Shown: positions 48,180 to 58,709 of the stretch, one piece after another
Numbering within the stretch: position 1 is the stretch's first letter
Layout of the letters: each line of letters starts with the position of its first letter
Assembly: GCA_042219045.1 (NCBI GenBank)
Contig: JBDGQO010000049.1
Coordinates: 1 to 64,000 of the forward strand
Source of the DNA: Candidatus Bipolaricaulia bacterium
GTDB lineage: Bacteria; Bipolaricaulota; Bipolaricaulia; RBG-16-55-9
Direction: 5' to 3'
DNA: 64,000 nt
Notes under the pieces: model-generated
Databases searched by the model: none
What the model saw: the letters and a program-made list of their open reading frames with translations, nothing else
What the model was told of the DNA's origin: nothing
Position numbers and translations under genes: made by a program

Positions 48180-50648
48180 TCAGTCCCCCTGTCCCGATGG
48201 GCTTTCGCCAGCTCCGTTCCCTTCTGCTTCCTCTGCGTCGCGGAGGCGTTCGGCGATCTCGCCGAGCTTGTCGTCGACCTGTGCGTAGGTCGTGCCGTCG
48301 TCGAACCGGTTCGCCTCGGGGTTCCAAGACCCGGCCGTCTGCCCCGTTAGGATCTCTAACGCCTCCTCGATCGTGGCCACCGACCAGACGTGGAACTGCC
48401 CCGCCTCCACGGCGTTCCGGACGTCGCTGGCGAGCATGAGGTGGGCCTCGTTGACCTCGGGGACCACCACGCCCTGTTCGCCCGTCAGTCCCTGCACCTT
48501 GCAGACTTTGTAGAATCCTTCGATCTTTTCGTTGACGCCCCCGATCGGCTGGATCTGGCCCTTCTGGTTGACCGAGCCCGTGATGGCGACGCCCTGATGA
48601 ATGGGGACGCCCGCGAGCTCGGAGATGAGCGCGGCGAGCTCGGCGGCCGAAGCGCTGTCCCCGTCGATCGTGCCGTAGCTCTGCTCGAACGTCAGGCTGG
48701 CGGACAGCGAAAGCGGTCGATTGCGGGCGAACTGGTCGCCGAGCCAGCTCTTGAGGATCAGCAGCCCCTTGGTGTGGATGTTGCCGGAGAGGTCCGCCTC
48801 GCGCTCGATGTTAGTCACGCCGTCCTTGCCGGTGTGAACGGTTGCCGTGATGCGTGTCGGCCGCCCGAACCGATGGTCGCCCGTGCTCAACACGCTCAGC
48901 CCGTTGATCTGGCCCGTGTTGGTGCCCTCGGTGTCGACGAAGATCTCACCTCGGGTGATCATCTCGCGAACCTTGTCCTCGAGCAGGTTGTGCCGGAAGT
49001 CGCGGGCCTCAATGGCGGACTGGACGTGATCGCGGGTGACGACATCGTCCTCGACCTCGCGCGCGCGGAAGCTTGCCTCGTCGACGATCGTCATGAGGTC
49101 GCTGAAGCACGCGGAGAGCTTGCTCTGGTCGTCGGCGCACTCGCTGGCGTACTCCACCAGCCGCGACGTGCCCGTCGGATCAAAGGGGAGCAGATGCGGG
49201 TCCTCGTCGCTGCGAGCGCGGAGGAAGCCGGCAAACTGGCGCTCGGTCTCCTCGGTGCGCTCCATGTCGGTGTCGAACTCGCTTTTGATCGAGAACAGCT
49301 TGCGGAAGTCCTCGTCGTAGGCCTGGAGCAGGTCGTAGATGTAGCGGTTGCCGATGACAATGAACTTGACGTCCAGCGGCAAGGCCTCCGGCTTGAGGCC
49401 CTCGGCCGCGCCGTAGCCGAGCATGTTGGCGACGTCCTCGATCTCGACTTCCTTGCGCCGCAACGCGACTTTGATCGCGTGCCAACTCATGGGCGAGCGG
49501 AGGAGGTTCTCCGCGTTCAGGATCAGATACCCGCCGTTCGCCTCGTGGATCGAGCCGGGCCGGATCATCAGGAAGTCGGTCGTGACCGCCCCCATCTGCA
49601 TGCGGCGCTCCACCCGACCGAACAGATTGGGATATGTGGCGTTCTCCTGGATAACGACCGGTGCGCCGTCGGTTTCGCCGTGATCGACGAGCACGTTGAC
49701 GTCGTACTTGCGGAAGGGATCGTCCTGTTGGGGATCCCCTCCGCCGCTCATCATCTGCTGAACCATTTGGGGCATGTTCCCTTGGCCGCCCCCATTCTGG
49801 TTGAGGAAGATGTCCACGTTGTGAATCAGGTCCTGCAGGACCTCGTCGAGGTACGCTGTGGCACGGTCGTTGGCGCCGTAACGCTCTTTGAGATTCTGAA
49901 TGCGCGGCGTGATCACGAACGAGGCGACCTCGCGGTTGAGTTCCTCGACGGCTTCCGAGCGCTCCTCCGCGACTTTGCTGGCCTGGCGCATGTCGCGCTG
50001 GATGATCTCCTGGAGCTCTTCCTGGCGCTCGCGCAGTTGGCGTTGGGTCTCCTCGTCAAGTTCCTGGAACTGCTCGCGCGTCATCGGCTCGCCGTCGTCG
50101 TTGAGGGGGACGGTTTGGATCCCAATCTGGGTCTGCTGGAGCTGGAAGCCGCGCGACTCCGCCTCCTGCTGCCAGCGCTCGTACATCGCCTGTTCGCGCT
50201 CTTTGTACTGTTCGTCGACTTGCTCGCGGCGCTCTTGATATTCGTCGCTCTCAAACGCTTGGGGCAGGTCCTCTTGGAGACTGTCAATCAGCCGCTCCAT
50301 GTCGGCCTTCAGTTGTTGGCCCTGTCCGGCGGGCAGCCGCAGATAGCGCGGCCGATACGGATCGGCGAAGTTGTGGACATAACAGATGTCGGGCGGCTGC
50401 GTCTGTTCGGCGCTCACGTCCTCGACGAATCGCTGCACTGCGGACAGCTTGCCCGTGCCCGGGTCGCCGGCGACGAAGACGTTGTAGCGATTGCGGGCGT
50501 TTTTGAGCTTCAGCCCGGTCTCGAGCGCCTGAATGGCCCGCTCTTGGCCGATCACTGCGCTCAGCGGCGCCACCTCGTCGGTCGTGTCGAAGTGGAAGAT
50601 GCTCGGATCACAAGGACGATACAGTTGGTCGTGCGAAAGTTCGGGCAT
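48180..50648 (-). CDS. LonC-like protease (AAA-like plus Lon_C domain)
   Basis: GQERA, GDPGTGK, coiled-coil insert, GQINGL, DGDSAS (Ser), GGVNEKIEGF (Lys). Confidence 0.9.
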   Translation of the reverse strand: MPELSHDQLYRPCDPSIFHFDTTDEVAPLSAVIGQERAIQALETGLKLKNARNRYNVFVAGDPGTGKLSAVQRFVEDVSAEQTQPPDICYVHNFADPYRPRYLRLPAGQGQQLKADMERLIDSLQEDLPQAFESDEYQERREQVDEQYKEREQAMYERWQQEAESRGFQLQQTQIGIQTVPLNDDGEPMTREQFQELDEETQRQLRERQEELQEIIQRDMRQASKVAEERSEAVEELNREVASFVITPRIQNLKERYGANDRATAYLDEVLQDLIHNVDIFLNQNGGGQGNMPQMVQQMMSGGGDPQQDDPFRKYDVNVLVDHGETDGAPVVIQENATYPNLFGRVERRMQMGAVTTDFLMIRPGSIHEANGGYLILNAENLLRSPMSWHAIKVALRRKEVEIEDVANMLGYGAAEGLKPEALPLDVKFIVIGNRYIYDLLQAYDEDFRKLFSIKSEFDTDMERTEETERQFAGFLRARSDEDPHLLPFDPTGTSRLVEYASECADDQSKLSACFSDLMTIVDEASFRAREVEDDVVTRDHVQSAIEARDFRHNLLEDKVREMITRGEIFVDTEGTNTGQINGLSVLSTGDHRFGRPTRITATVHTGKDGVTNIEREADLSGNIHTKGLLILKSWLGDQFARNRPLSLSASLTFEQSYGTIDGDSASAAELAALISELAGVPIHQGVAITGSVNQKGQIQPIGGVNEKIEGFYKVCKVQGLTGEQGVVVPEVNEAHLMLASDVRNAVEAGQFHVWSVATIEEALEILTGQTAGSWNPEANRFDDGTTYAQVDDKLGEIAERLRDAEEAEGNGAGESPSGQGD

Positions 50649-50779
50649 GCGAATCCTCCCTGAAGGATCCCTGGGTGGCGTTCCCTTTGACGATCGGCGT
50701 CGGAGCGACGAAGCCCCGAAAATCCCAGAGTCCGATCATTTTAGCCAAGCCGTCGCCGCGGGAGCAAGCGGCATCGGCT

Positions 50780-53725
50780 TCAATTATCGGAGCGCGTGTC
50801 GATGTTGGCGACGTGGCCGCAGACGACCACCTTGTTGCCCGAGGGCACGTGATACGTGCGTGGGTCCGCGTCCGTCGGGGTCAAGCGGACGCGAGCGACG
50901 TCGTCGCTCGCGTTGAGATAGGTGACGCAGGCTTGGCCGACGACGCGGCGCCAGGCCTCGGGCGGCTCGAACGCGATCCGCTCGAATGCGACTGCTATCA
51001 GTTCGCTCGGACCCTGAACGCGGATGACCACGGGCACCGTGACGGCATCGACGGCGGCTTGCTCCGAACCGATGCGGATGGAGCTTTGGTGCGTGCCCGG
51101 TTGGAGCTCCTCGGCGTCGATCGAGACCACCAACTCGAAACGGCCGGATCCGCTCGAGGCGTTGACGTTGATCCACGACGCTTGCGGCTCGGCAGTCCAG
51201 CTCAGCGTTCCGCTGCCCGCGTTGCGGATCTGCAGCACCCGGCTCTCGGGGGATTCGCCAAGCGAGGTCTCAAAGCGGAGACGTCCGGGCTCGACGCCGA
51301 TCTCGGGCTTCGCAACGTCAAGGACGACGTCGATACGGAACGGGCTGTTGGTCGCGGTCTCGGCCTTCAGGACGATCTGCGCTTTATGGCGTCCGGGGCC
51401 GAGGTCGCGCGGGTTCAGCAACACGCGGACTTTGGACGGCGTCGATCCGGAGGTAGGGTTGACGGTGACCCATGACTTCGTCGTCCGAGCCGTCCAATCC
51501 AGCGAGCCGTCGCTACGGTTGGTGATTGAGATATTTCGGATGGGCGCGCCCCGATCGCCGACTGTGACCTCGTAGGTCAGTCGTTGCTCCGAGACGTCGA
51601 AGCTCGGCCGCCCGATCACCGTTAGGCTCGCCCGCCCGCTCGGCGCCTCTTGGCTCTCGCCAATAACGCGGAATGAGCGCGGACCAAGCTCGGCCGAGCT
51701 CGCCACGGAGATCGTGATCGGGAGCTCATTGTCGGTGGCGCCGTCGCGAATCGACGCCGTCACGCCTTCGCCCTCGAAGACCACGTCCATGGCGTCCGTC
51801 AACCCCGTGCCTTGGATCGTCGCGTCTATCCGTTGGCCCACGGCGGCTCGGCCGGGCGTAATGCTCGTGACGTTCAGCTTCGACGGGTCCAAGGGCAGCG
51901 GCCCCATCGTGAGGCCGCCCGCACCGTAGAGGTTGTCCGCGCCGGGCGAGCCGAGGTCCTCGGCCCGCCGCTTAAGGGCGTCCATGATCTCGTTGGGCGA
52001 TCCGTCAGGCATCGCCTGTTGCAGGAGTGCGGCGGCGCCGGCCGCATGCGGACTGGCCGCGCTAGTGCCCGTGAAGCCCGGATTCTGATTGTCGCCCGTC
52101 GGGCTCCAGGCCCCGAACGGCGTCGTGGAGACGTGGGTGGGCGCGGCAACATCCGGCTTGATGCGACCATCTTTGGTGGGGCCTCGACTGGAGTAGGACA
52201 GCAGCGATCCCTCGGGGCAGAGCTCGCCGCACGCTTCTGGGTCGTGGTGGCGGGCGCCAACCGTCAGCGCGTTCGGGGAGATCGAGGGTTCGAGGATGCT
52301 GACGCTGCCGTCGCGCGTGAGGTAGTTGAAATCTCCCTCGACACAGTCTTTGCAGGACCGGATCAGCATGTCCAGCGGCACGTCGGGGGCGTCCGGATCG
52401 GTTTTGGTGATGACGACCTGGAACCTCTTCGTCTCGCCGACTTGAGCGGCATCGAAGCGGAAGACCTTGAAGGTGGATCGTATGGGAATGCCGGGCCGCC
52501 AGGTCCAGCTGCCGCGGGCCGGGTCGGCTTCCTTGTCTTCGGGGATGATGCGGACATCGTAGGCGAGGTCGGCGCCCGTGCAGGGCGCATCCCAGCTCAA
52601 AGTGAAGTTCAGGATAGCGGCAGCCACGTCCTGCCCGTTTGCACTGGCCTCGACGAGTTTGGTTTCCACGGTGAAGGTGTTGTCCTTCGCCGTGAAGTTA
52701 TGCCGGCCATCGTCGTCGGGATCGGCATAGGTCCCTTGCCAGTGGTTGTTGGCCTCGTTGCCAGCAGACGTGGCCCACGTGATCCCCGCATCGCGCGCTC
52801 TTTGGATGATGGGCTCGAAGATGCCGCCGCCCTTGCGGAAGCAGCCGGACGAGAAGCCGAGTGACGTGTTGATGACGTCCACGTTCCGTTCGATCATCCA
52901 GTCGACGCTCCGTTCGAACTGGACGTCCGTCTGGAAGTTGCTCAAGAACAACTCTGACCGCGGCGCAACGTCGTGAACGACTTCGGCCGTCCCTAGCCCA
53001 TGATACTGGGCGGTCTCGGAACAATTGGAGCACTCAATGTCTTCATCCGGGCGGAACGACCGCGTTGAGACACTGTGCTCAGCCGGCAACTCGCTCCCCA
53101 GGCGGTCCGCGTAGTCCTTGAAGCCGGAGTCGATGATGCCCACACGAACGCCCTGGCCGTTCAGGCCGATCTCATGCCACGGGGCGACGCCGATGGCGTC
53201 GAGCCCTTCGCTGCGCACCTCGTCCTCGGCAGCGGCCGCTTGGGCCGTGAGTTGCGGATCGCGCGGAACCGGCGACATGGGGAGGCGGATAAAGCGCACG
53301 TCGGGTTCCTTGGCCAGCTCGGCGATCGTCGACGACGTCAGACGGGCCTGGATGCGCGAGCGAGCGACGCCCTCGACTTGACCTCCCAGATCCGCGATCG
53401 CCGAGCGGATCTCGGACACGGCGTCGACGTTCCGGACGTCAATCACTACGCGGAAGCCCTTGGGTGTCAGAGCGGCCGTCACGGGAAAAGCAGTATGCCG
53501 GGACGAATCGAGCTGGACGTTGAGGCTCGGCTCATCGCCCGCTTCGCTCATCAGGCGTTTTAGTGAGTTCTGTATCTTGGTTGGCGACGCGCCTCGGTCG
53601 GCCCCTTCGTCGCGCTGCGACGTCTCCGATGATAGCCCGTCAGCCATCAATGATGGTTGCAAGCCCGCCATGGAACAGATACCGAGCAAAACAATGCCGA
53701 CCGCCATGTTGCGACGACGCCGCAT
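50780..53725 (-). CDS. Secreted S8 subtilisin-like peptidase with C-terminal Ig/BACON-like domains
   Basis: IIDSG (Asp), HGLGTA (His), SAGN, GTSAASP (Ser), two LxWTA..W repeats; SD AGGAGG. Confidence 0.88.
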   Translation of the reverse strand: MRRRRNMAVGIVLLGICSMAGLQPSLMADGLSSETSQRDEGADRGASPTKIQNSLKRLMSEAGDEPSLNVQLDSSRHTAFPVTAALTPKGFRVVIDVRNVDAVSEIRSAIADLGGQVEGVARSRIQARLTSSTIAELAKEPDVRFIRLPMSPVPRDPQLTAQAAAAEDEVRSEGLDAIGVAPWHEIGLNGQGVRVGIIDSGFKDYADRLGSELPAEHSVSTRSFRPDEDIECSNCSETAQYHGLGTAEVVHDVAPRSELFLSNFQTDVQFERSVDWMIERNVDVINTSLGFSSGCFRKGGGIFEPIIQRARDAGITWATSAGNEANNHWQGTYADPDDDGRHNFTAKDNTFTVETKLVEASANGQDVAAAILNFTLSWDAPCTGADLAYDVRIIPEDKEADPARGSWTWRPGIPIRSTFKVFRFDAAQVGETKRFQVVITKTDPDAPDVPLDMLIRSCKDCVEGDFNYLTRDGSVSILEPSISPNALTVGARHHDPEACGELCPEGSLLSYSSRGPTKDGRIKPDVAAPTHVSTTPFGAWSPTGDNQNPGFTGTSAASPHAAGAAALLQQAMPDGSPNEIMDALKRRAEDLGSPGADNLYGAGGLTMGPLPLDPSKLNVTSITPGRAAVGQRIDATIQGTGLTDAMDVVFEGEGVTASIRDGATDNELPITISVASSAELGPRSFRVIGESQEAPSGRASLTVIGRPSFDVSEQRLTYEVTVGDRGAPIRNISITNRSDGSLDWTARTTKSWVTVNPTSGSTPSKVRVLLNPRDLGPGRHKAQIVLKAETATNSPFRIDVVLDVAKPEIGVEPGRLRFETSLGESPESRVLQIRNAGSGTLSWTAEPQASWINVNASSGSGRFELVVSIDAEELQPGTHQSSIRIGSEQAAVDAVTVPVVIRVQGPSELIAVAFERIAFEPPEAWRRVVGQACVTYLNASDDVARVRLTPTDADPRTYHVPSGNKVVVCGHVANIDTRSDN

Positions 53726-53941
53726 CCGACACCGCCTCCTGTTGGTTGTGCATCGATGTTGGTTGCGCAGATGGTAGCGGCCAGACGGAGCCCTTGCCAG
53801 ACCCAAGCGTTGCTGTTTTCCGACAGCGACGAGAACGATGGCCGGGAGGCGATCATCGTCGCCAAGCGCCTGTAACGCTCCGCGGGGCCTTGACCCGAGT
53901 CATGCCCAACACCTAGACTTGGCAAATCCCGAGTGGTTGCC

Positions 53942-54976
53942 ATGTCGACGGACGAACTGCCGACTCCGGCGCACTTCGATCCGACGAGCGTCGACCGCAT
54001 CTGGCGCGTGCCATACGGGCAACGCGCCGAGGAGGCCGAGGCGTGGGCCAGGGACCACGCCATCGCGCCCGCTCACAACGATAAGTTCAAGCTCGCGCTC
54101 ATGCTCGTCGACGTGCAGAACACGTTCTGTATCCCCGGCTTTGAACTGTTCGTGGCCGGCCGCTCGGGCAACGGGGCGGTCGAGGACAACGTGCGGCTGT
54201 GTCGGTTCATCTATCGCAACCTCCACCGAATCACCCAGATTACGCCGACGATGGACACCCACGACGCAATGCAGATCTTCCACCCCATCTTTCTGGTCGA
54301 CGAGGCGGGCAACCATCCGGCGCCGCTCACGCTCGTGAGCAAGGCCGACGTCGACCAGGGTCGATGGCGGTTCAATCCGGACGTGGCACCAAACTTGGGC
54401 ATTACCCCCGAAGAGGGCCAGCGCCACCTGGAGCACTACGTCGAGGAGTTGTCGGCCCGAGAGAAATACGACCTGACGATCTGGCCCTATCACGTCATGC
54501 TCGGCGGGATCAGCCACGCGCTCGTGCCGGCCATTGAGGAGGCCGTCTTCTTCCACACCATCGCCCGCATGAGCCAGCCCGACCACGAGATCAAGGGACT
54601 CAACCCGCTGACGGAGCACTATTCGGTGCTCGGACCGGAAGTGCGCACGAACCACCGTGGCGATCCGATCGCCGCCAAGAACGATCGGTTCATCCAGAAG
54701 CTTCGCGATTTCGATGCCGTCGCCATCGCGGGCCAAGCGAAAAGCCACTGCGTCGCCTGGACGATCGACGACCTGCTCACCGACATTTCCGAGACCGATC
54801 CGTCCCTGGCGCGCAAGGTCTATCTCTTGGAGGACTGCACCTCGCCCGTGGTCGTGCCCGAGGTCGTCGACTACACCGACGACGCGGATGCCGCGTTCGA
54901 GCGGTTTGCCGACGCGGGGATGCATGTCGTCCAGTCCACGGACCCGATCGAGGACTGGCCCGGGCTCTCGACCTGA
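53942..54976 (+). CDS. Isochorismatase/nicotinamidase-family cysteine hydrolase
   Basis: [27 protein letters not shown]. Confidence 0.85.
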   Translation: MSTDELPTPAHFDPTSVDRIWRVPYGQRAEEAEAWARDHAIAPAHNDKFKLALMLVDVQNTFCIPGFELFVAGRSGNGAVEDNVRLCRFIYRNLHRITQITPTMDTHDAMQIFHPIFLVDEAGNHPAPLTLVSKADVDQGRWRFNPDVAPNLGITPEEGQRHLEHYVEELSAREKYDLTIWPYHVMLGGISHALVPAIEEAVFFHTIARMSQPDHEIKGLNPLTEHYSVLGPEVRTNHRGDPIAAKNDRFIQKLRDFDAVAIAGQAKSHCVAWTIDDLLTDISETDPSLARKVYLLEDCTSPVVVPEVVDYTDDADAAFERFADAGMHVVQSTDPIEDWPGLST

Positions 54977-55075
54977 CGCCCACTCCGGGATCTGAGTCCA
55001 CCTGCTGTTGACCTCAAAGATGCCAATGAGCTACACCTGAGGCGTTCATAACGACGATCAAGAAGGGGGCCATCA

Positions 55076-56143
55076 ATGGGGCACAGGGTGCTGGTGATCG
55101 GGACGGGCACGATCGGGGAACCGTTGATCGGGCTGCTGGCGGGCCTCAAGGACGAACTCGACCTGGACGAGGTGATCTTCCACAAGAACTCGCCGCTGTT
55201 GAACGACCGTCCCAAGATCCGGAATCTCATTCGACGAGGAGCGGCGTTGGCGGTCAACGGGAAGGCGGCCGAGGACTTCGAAGCGCTCGGCGTCAGCCCG
55301 TCGTACGAGAAGGTCGAGGCAATCGATCGGGCCGATGTCGTCATCGACTGCACGCCTAAGGGCTGGGGCAACAGCAACAAGACCGACTTTTATCAGAATT
55401 TCGAGCACAACACGCTCGGGTTCATCGCTCAAGGGAGCGAGTTCGGCTTCGGCAAGATGTTCGTCCACGGCGTCAACGATGAGGCGCTGGTTCCGGACGA
55501 GGATCGCTACATCCAAGTCGTCAGTTGCAACACGCACAACTTGTCCGTGCTCGTGGATACCATCGGGCTCGAGGGCGGACGTGCCAATCTCCGGTCGGGC
55601 CGGTTCGTCTGCATCCGGCGAGCGAACGACATCAGTGAGTCGGCCAGCTTCATTCCCTCGCCCAGCGTCAGCGCCCACGACGACAATGCCTTCGGGACGC
55701 ACCATGCCCGCGACGCCCACCATCTGTTCCAGACGCTCGGCTTGGATCTCAATCTGTTCTCCTCCGCGCTCAAGGTCAACACGCAGTACATGCACACCGT
55801 CTGGTTCGATCTCGACCTGGAGGAGCCCACGAGCCGAGAGGCGGTCGTCGAGGGACTGCGCGCCCATCCACACGTGGCCGTGACGAACCGCAGCGAGCAG
55901 AACTTGATCTTCTCCTTCGGCCGCGATTACGGGCACTATGGGCGCATCTTGGACAACACCGTCGTGGTACTGCCGTCGCTCCATGTCGCGCAAAACGGCC
56001 ATCGGGTGACGGGCTTCTGCTTCACCCCGCAGGATGGCAACTCGCTTTTGTCCAGCTTGGCCGCGACGCTGTGGTTCATCGACCCGGCGACGTATCGCGA
56101 CCGACTCGAAGTCATTGCCCCGTACATGTTCGACGAAGTCTGA
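55076..56143 (+). CDS. Archaeal-type (class II) GAPDH-like dehydrogenase
   Basis: GTGTIG, DCTPKG, QGSE, VVSCNTH, RRAND, GTHHARD, MH. Confidence 0.72.
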   Translation: MGHRVLVIGTGTIGEPLIGLLAGLKDELDLDEVIFHKNSPLLNDRPKIRNLIRRGAALAVNGKAAEDFEALGVSPSYEKVEAIDRADVVIDCTPKGWGNSNKTDFYQNFEHNTLGFIAQGSEFGFGKMFVHGVNDEALVPDEDRYIQVVSCNTHNLSVLVDTIGLEGGRANLRSGRFVCIRRANDISESASFIPSPSVSAHDDNAFGTHHARDAHHLFQTLGLDLNLFSSALKVNTQYMHTVWFDLDLEEPTSREAVVEGLRAHPHVAVTNRSEQNLIFSFGRDYGHYGRILDNTVVVLPSLHVAQNGHRVTGFCFTPQDGNSLLSSLAATLWFIDPATYRDRLEVIAPYMFDEV

Positions 56144-56175
56144 CGCTCTGATCCGCCGGCTCAATCACGCCAAAC

Positions 56176-56204
56176 TTGCTTAGAGCCCCGAAATTCCGTA
56201 TCAT
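56176..56204 (+). promoter_or_regulatory. Putative sigma70 promoter of gyrA-tyrS-hit
   Basis: TTGCTT-N17-TATCAT. Confidence 0.55.
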
Positions 56205-56270
56205 GGACGCATTGCGGTGGGGCCAGTCTTGAGCCCGTTTTCAGGGGATGAGTTGGGAGGAACATGAGCC

Positions 56271-58691
56271 ATGAGCCGTATTGAACGAACCGCCATCGAG
56301 TCGGAGATGCGCCAGAGCTACATCAACTACGCCATGAGCGTGATCCGGGGGCGAGCCATCCCGGACGCACGGGACGGGTTGAAGCCCGTCCAACGGCGCA
56401 TCCTCTACGCCATGGACCAACTCGGCCTGACGTCGAACCGATCGCACCGAAAGTGCGCCCGCATCGTCGGTGAGACGATGGGTAAGTATCACCCGCACGG
56501 CGACCAGGCGATCTACGACACGCTCGTCAACATGGCGCAGACCTTCAGCTATCGCTACCCGCTCATCGACGGGCAGGGCAACTTCGGCAGCCTCGACGGC
56601 GACGAGGCCGCTGCCATGCGCTACACCGAGGCCCGGCTCTCGGCGATCACGGAGGAGTTTCTCGCCGAGATCAACGAGGAGACCGTCGACTTCCAGACGA
56701 ACTTCGACGACGCCCTGGAAGAGCCGGTTGTACTGCCCGCGAAAGTTCCCAACCTGCTCTTGAACGGCGCATGGGGCATCTCCGTCGGGATGACGACCCA
56801 GATTCCGCCGCACAATCTGGCTGAGCTGATCGACGCCACGGTCCACCTCATCGAGCATCCCGACGCCGACTGGAGCGAGCTGAAGCAGTTCATCAAAGGC
56901 CCGGATCTTCCCACCGGCGGCATGATCCTCGGCGAGGAGGGCATTGACGCGGCCTACCGAACGGGCGAGGGCAAGATCCGAGTCCGGGGCAAGGCCGACA
57001 TCGAGGACGACCGCATTATCGTCACGGAGATTCCCTTCCAAGTGCGCAAGTCGACGATCGTGGAAGCGATCGCCAACAAGGTGCGCGCCGGCGAGATCGA
57101 CGAGGTCACGGATCTCCGGGACGAGTCCGACCAGGACGGCTTGCGCATCGTCGTGGAACTGAAACAGACGGCGAACCCGCAGGTCGCGCTCAACAAGATT
57201 TACCGATACACGCCGTTGGAGTGGACGTTCGGGGCCAACTTCCTCGTCATCATCGATGGCAATCCGCGCAAGTTGTCGCTGAAAGAGCTTTTGGGCGCGT
57301 TCCTCGCGCATCGGCGCGACGTCGTCACCCGGCGGACGCAGTATCGCTTGCGCATCGCCGAGCAGCGCGCCCATATCCTCGAAGGCCTGCGCGTTGCGCT
57401 GGCCAACCAGGACGCGATCATCGAGCTGATCCGCAACGCCGACGACGCCCAGTCCGCCACGACGCGACTGCAGGCCGACTACGACCTCAGCGAGGATCAG
57501 GCAAGCGCGATCCTGAGCATGCGGCTGCGGCAGCTCACCAGCCTGGAGCGGGACAAGATCGAGACCGAATACCAGGAAAAGCTCGAGCTGATTCGAGAAT
57601 ACAAGGAGATCCTCGGCAGCAACGAAAAGCTTGACGGTCTCATCGAAGAGGAGCTGCTCGACATCAAGGAGCGCTACGGCGACGAGCGTCGCACTCAGGT
57701 CCTGACTGAGGACGAGGGCGAGGCGTGGGACTACACGCCCGAGTCCTTCGTGCCCGACCAGGACGTGTTGGTGAGCATTTCCACGAAGGGCTACGCCAAC
57801 GCGCCCCGCGAGGACGTCATTCGCCGACAGGGACGCGGTGGCAAGGGCGTTATCGCCATGCGGCTGCGCGAGGGCGACGTTTTCAAGCACATCTTCAGTT
57901 GCAACGCCCGCGACGACCTCTGGATCTTTACCACAGCCCACAAGTGCTACAAGCTGAAGGCCTACCGCTTGCCGTCCGCCCGGCGCGACTCCAAGGGCGA
58001 GAACTTGCGCAATCTAATCGGCATGGCGCCCGAGGAACAGGTCGTGGCGTTGGTGCCGCATCCGGCTGAGGACTCGGATCGGCAATACTGCGTGTTGGCG
58101 ACGAAGGGCGGCATCGTCAACCGCAACGTGATCGAGGACTACGTCAACGCCCACACCAACGGCATCGCCGCGATCAACGCTGTGGACGGCGATCAAATCG
58201 TCGACGTCGCGCTCACGACGGGCTCGGGCGAGATGATGCTCGCCAGCGCCCAAGGCCAGACGATCCGCTTCACCGAGGATCAGGCTCGTCTGACGGGGCG
58301 GCCCTCCAAGGGCGTCATCGGCATGAAACTGGAGGGCGAGGACGAGATCGTCGACCTCACGCCGCTGCCGGCGGACGCCACCGAGGACAAGCTGCTCATC
58401 GTCACGGAGAACGGCTACGGCAAGCGGACGCCCATTGAACAGTTCCCGACGCAGAATCGCTCAGGGAAGGGCGTGCTCGGTCTCAAGACCAACGAGAAGA
58501 CGGGCAACGTCGTCGCCATGGGCCGCGTCCACGACGACGATGAGGTCATGATCACGACGCTGCAGGGCAAGATTATCCGCATCTCGGCCAGCGACGTTCG
58601 GGTCGTCAGCCGCTACGCACGCGGCGTCAAGGTGATCAGCGTTGACGACGACGATCGCGTTGTGTCCATCGTCCGCCACAGTCGGGAGTAG
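56271..58691 (+). CDS. gyrA: DNA gyrase subunit A
   Basis: [22 protein letters not shown], GyrA-box-like QGRGGKG, C-terminal pinwheel repeats. Confidence 0.93.
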   Translation: MSRIERTAIESEMRQSYINYAMSVIRGRAIPDARDGLKPVQRRILYAMDQLGLTSNRSHRKCARIVGETMGKYHPHGDQAIYDTLVNMAQTFSYRYPLIDGQGNFGSLDGDEAAAMRYTEARLSAITEEFLAEINEETVDFQTNFDDALEEPVVLPAKVPNLLLNGAWGISVGMTTQIPPHNLAELIDATVHLIEHPDADWSELKQFIKGPDLPTGGMILGEEGIDAAYRTGEGKIRVRGKADIEDDRIIVTEIPFQVRKSTIVEAIANKVRAGEIDEVTDLRDESDQDGLRIVVELKQTANPQVALNKIYRYTPLEWTFGANFLVIIDGNPRKLSLKELLGAFLAHRRDVVTRRTQYRLRIAEQRAHILEGLRVALANQDAIIELIRNADDAQSATTRLQADYDLSEDQASAILSMRLRQLTSLERDKIETEYQEKLELIREYKEILGSNEKLDGLIEEELLDIKERYGDERRTQVLTEDEGEAWDYTPESFVPDQDVLVSISTKGYANAPREDVIRRQGRGGKGVIAMRLREGDVFKHIFSCNARDDLWIFTTAHKCYKLKAYRLPSARRDSKGENLRNLIGMAPEEQVVALVPHPAEDSDRQYCVLATKGGIVNRNVIEDYVNAHTNGIAAINAVDGDQIVDVALTTGSGEMMLASAQGQTIRFTEDQARLTGRPSKGVIGMKLEGEDEIVDLTPLPADATEDKLLIVTENGYGKRTPIEQFPTQNRSGKGVLGLKTNEKTGNVVAMGRVHDDDEVMITTLQGKIIRISASDVRVVSRYARGVKVISVDDDDRVVSIVRHSRE

Positions 58692-58709
58692 GGTCTCGAT
58701 CCGCGAGCC

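Noticed and set aside
48390..50663. Long antisense ORFs (e.g. 757 aa here; also 45036-46832, 13318-15108, 56241-57941)
   Set aside because: Shadow frames of well-supported genes in high-GC DNA; no recognisable motifs.
53740..53769. Direct repeat TGTTGGTTG(T/C)GCA twice
   Set aside because: Only two short copies; could be an operator but unsupported, and not CRISPR.
56271..58691. gyrA without adjacent gyrB, or possibly parC
   Set aside because: Split gyr genes are common, and the GyrA-box-like motif supports GyrA.
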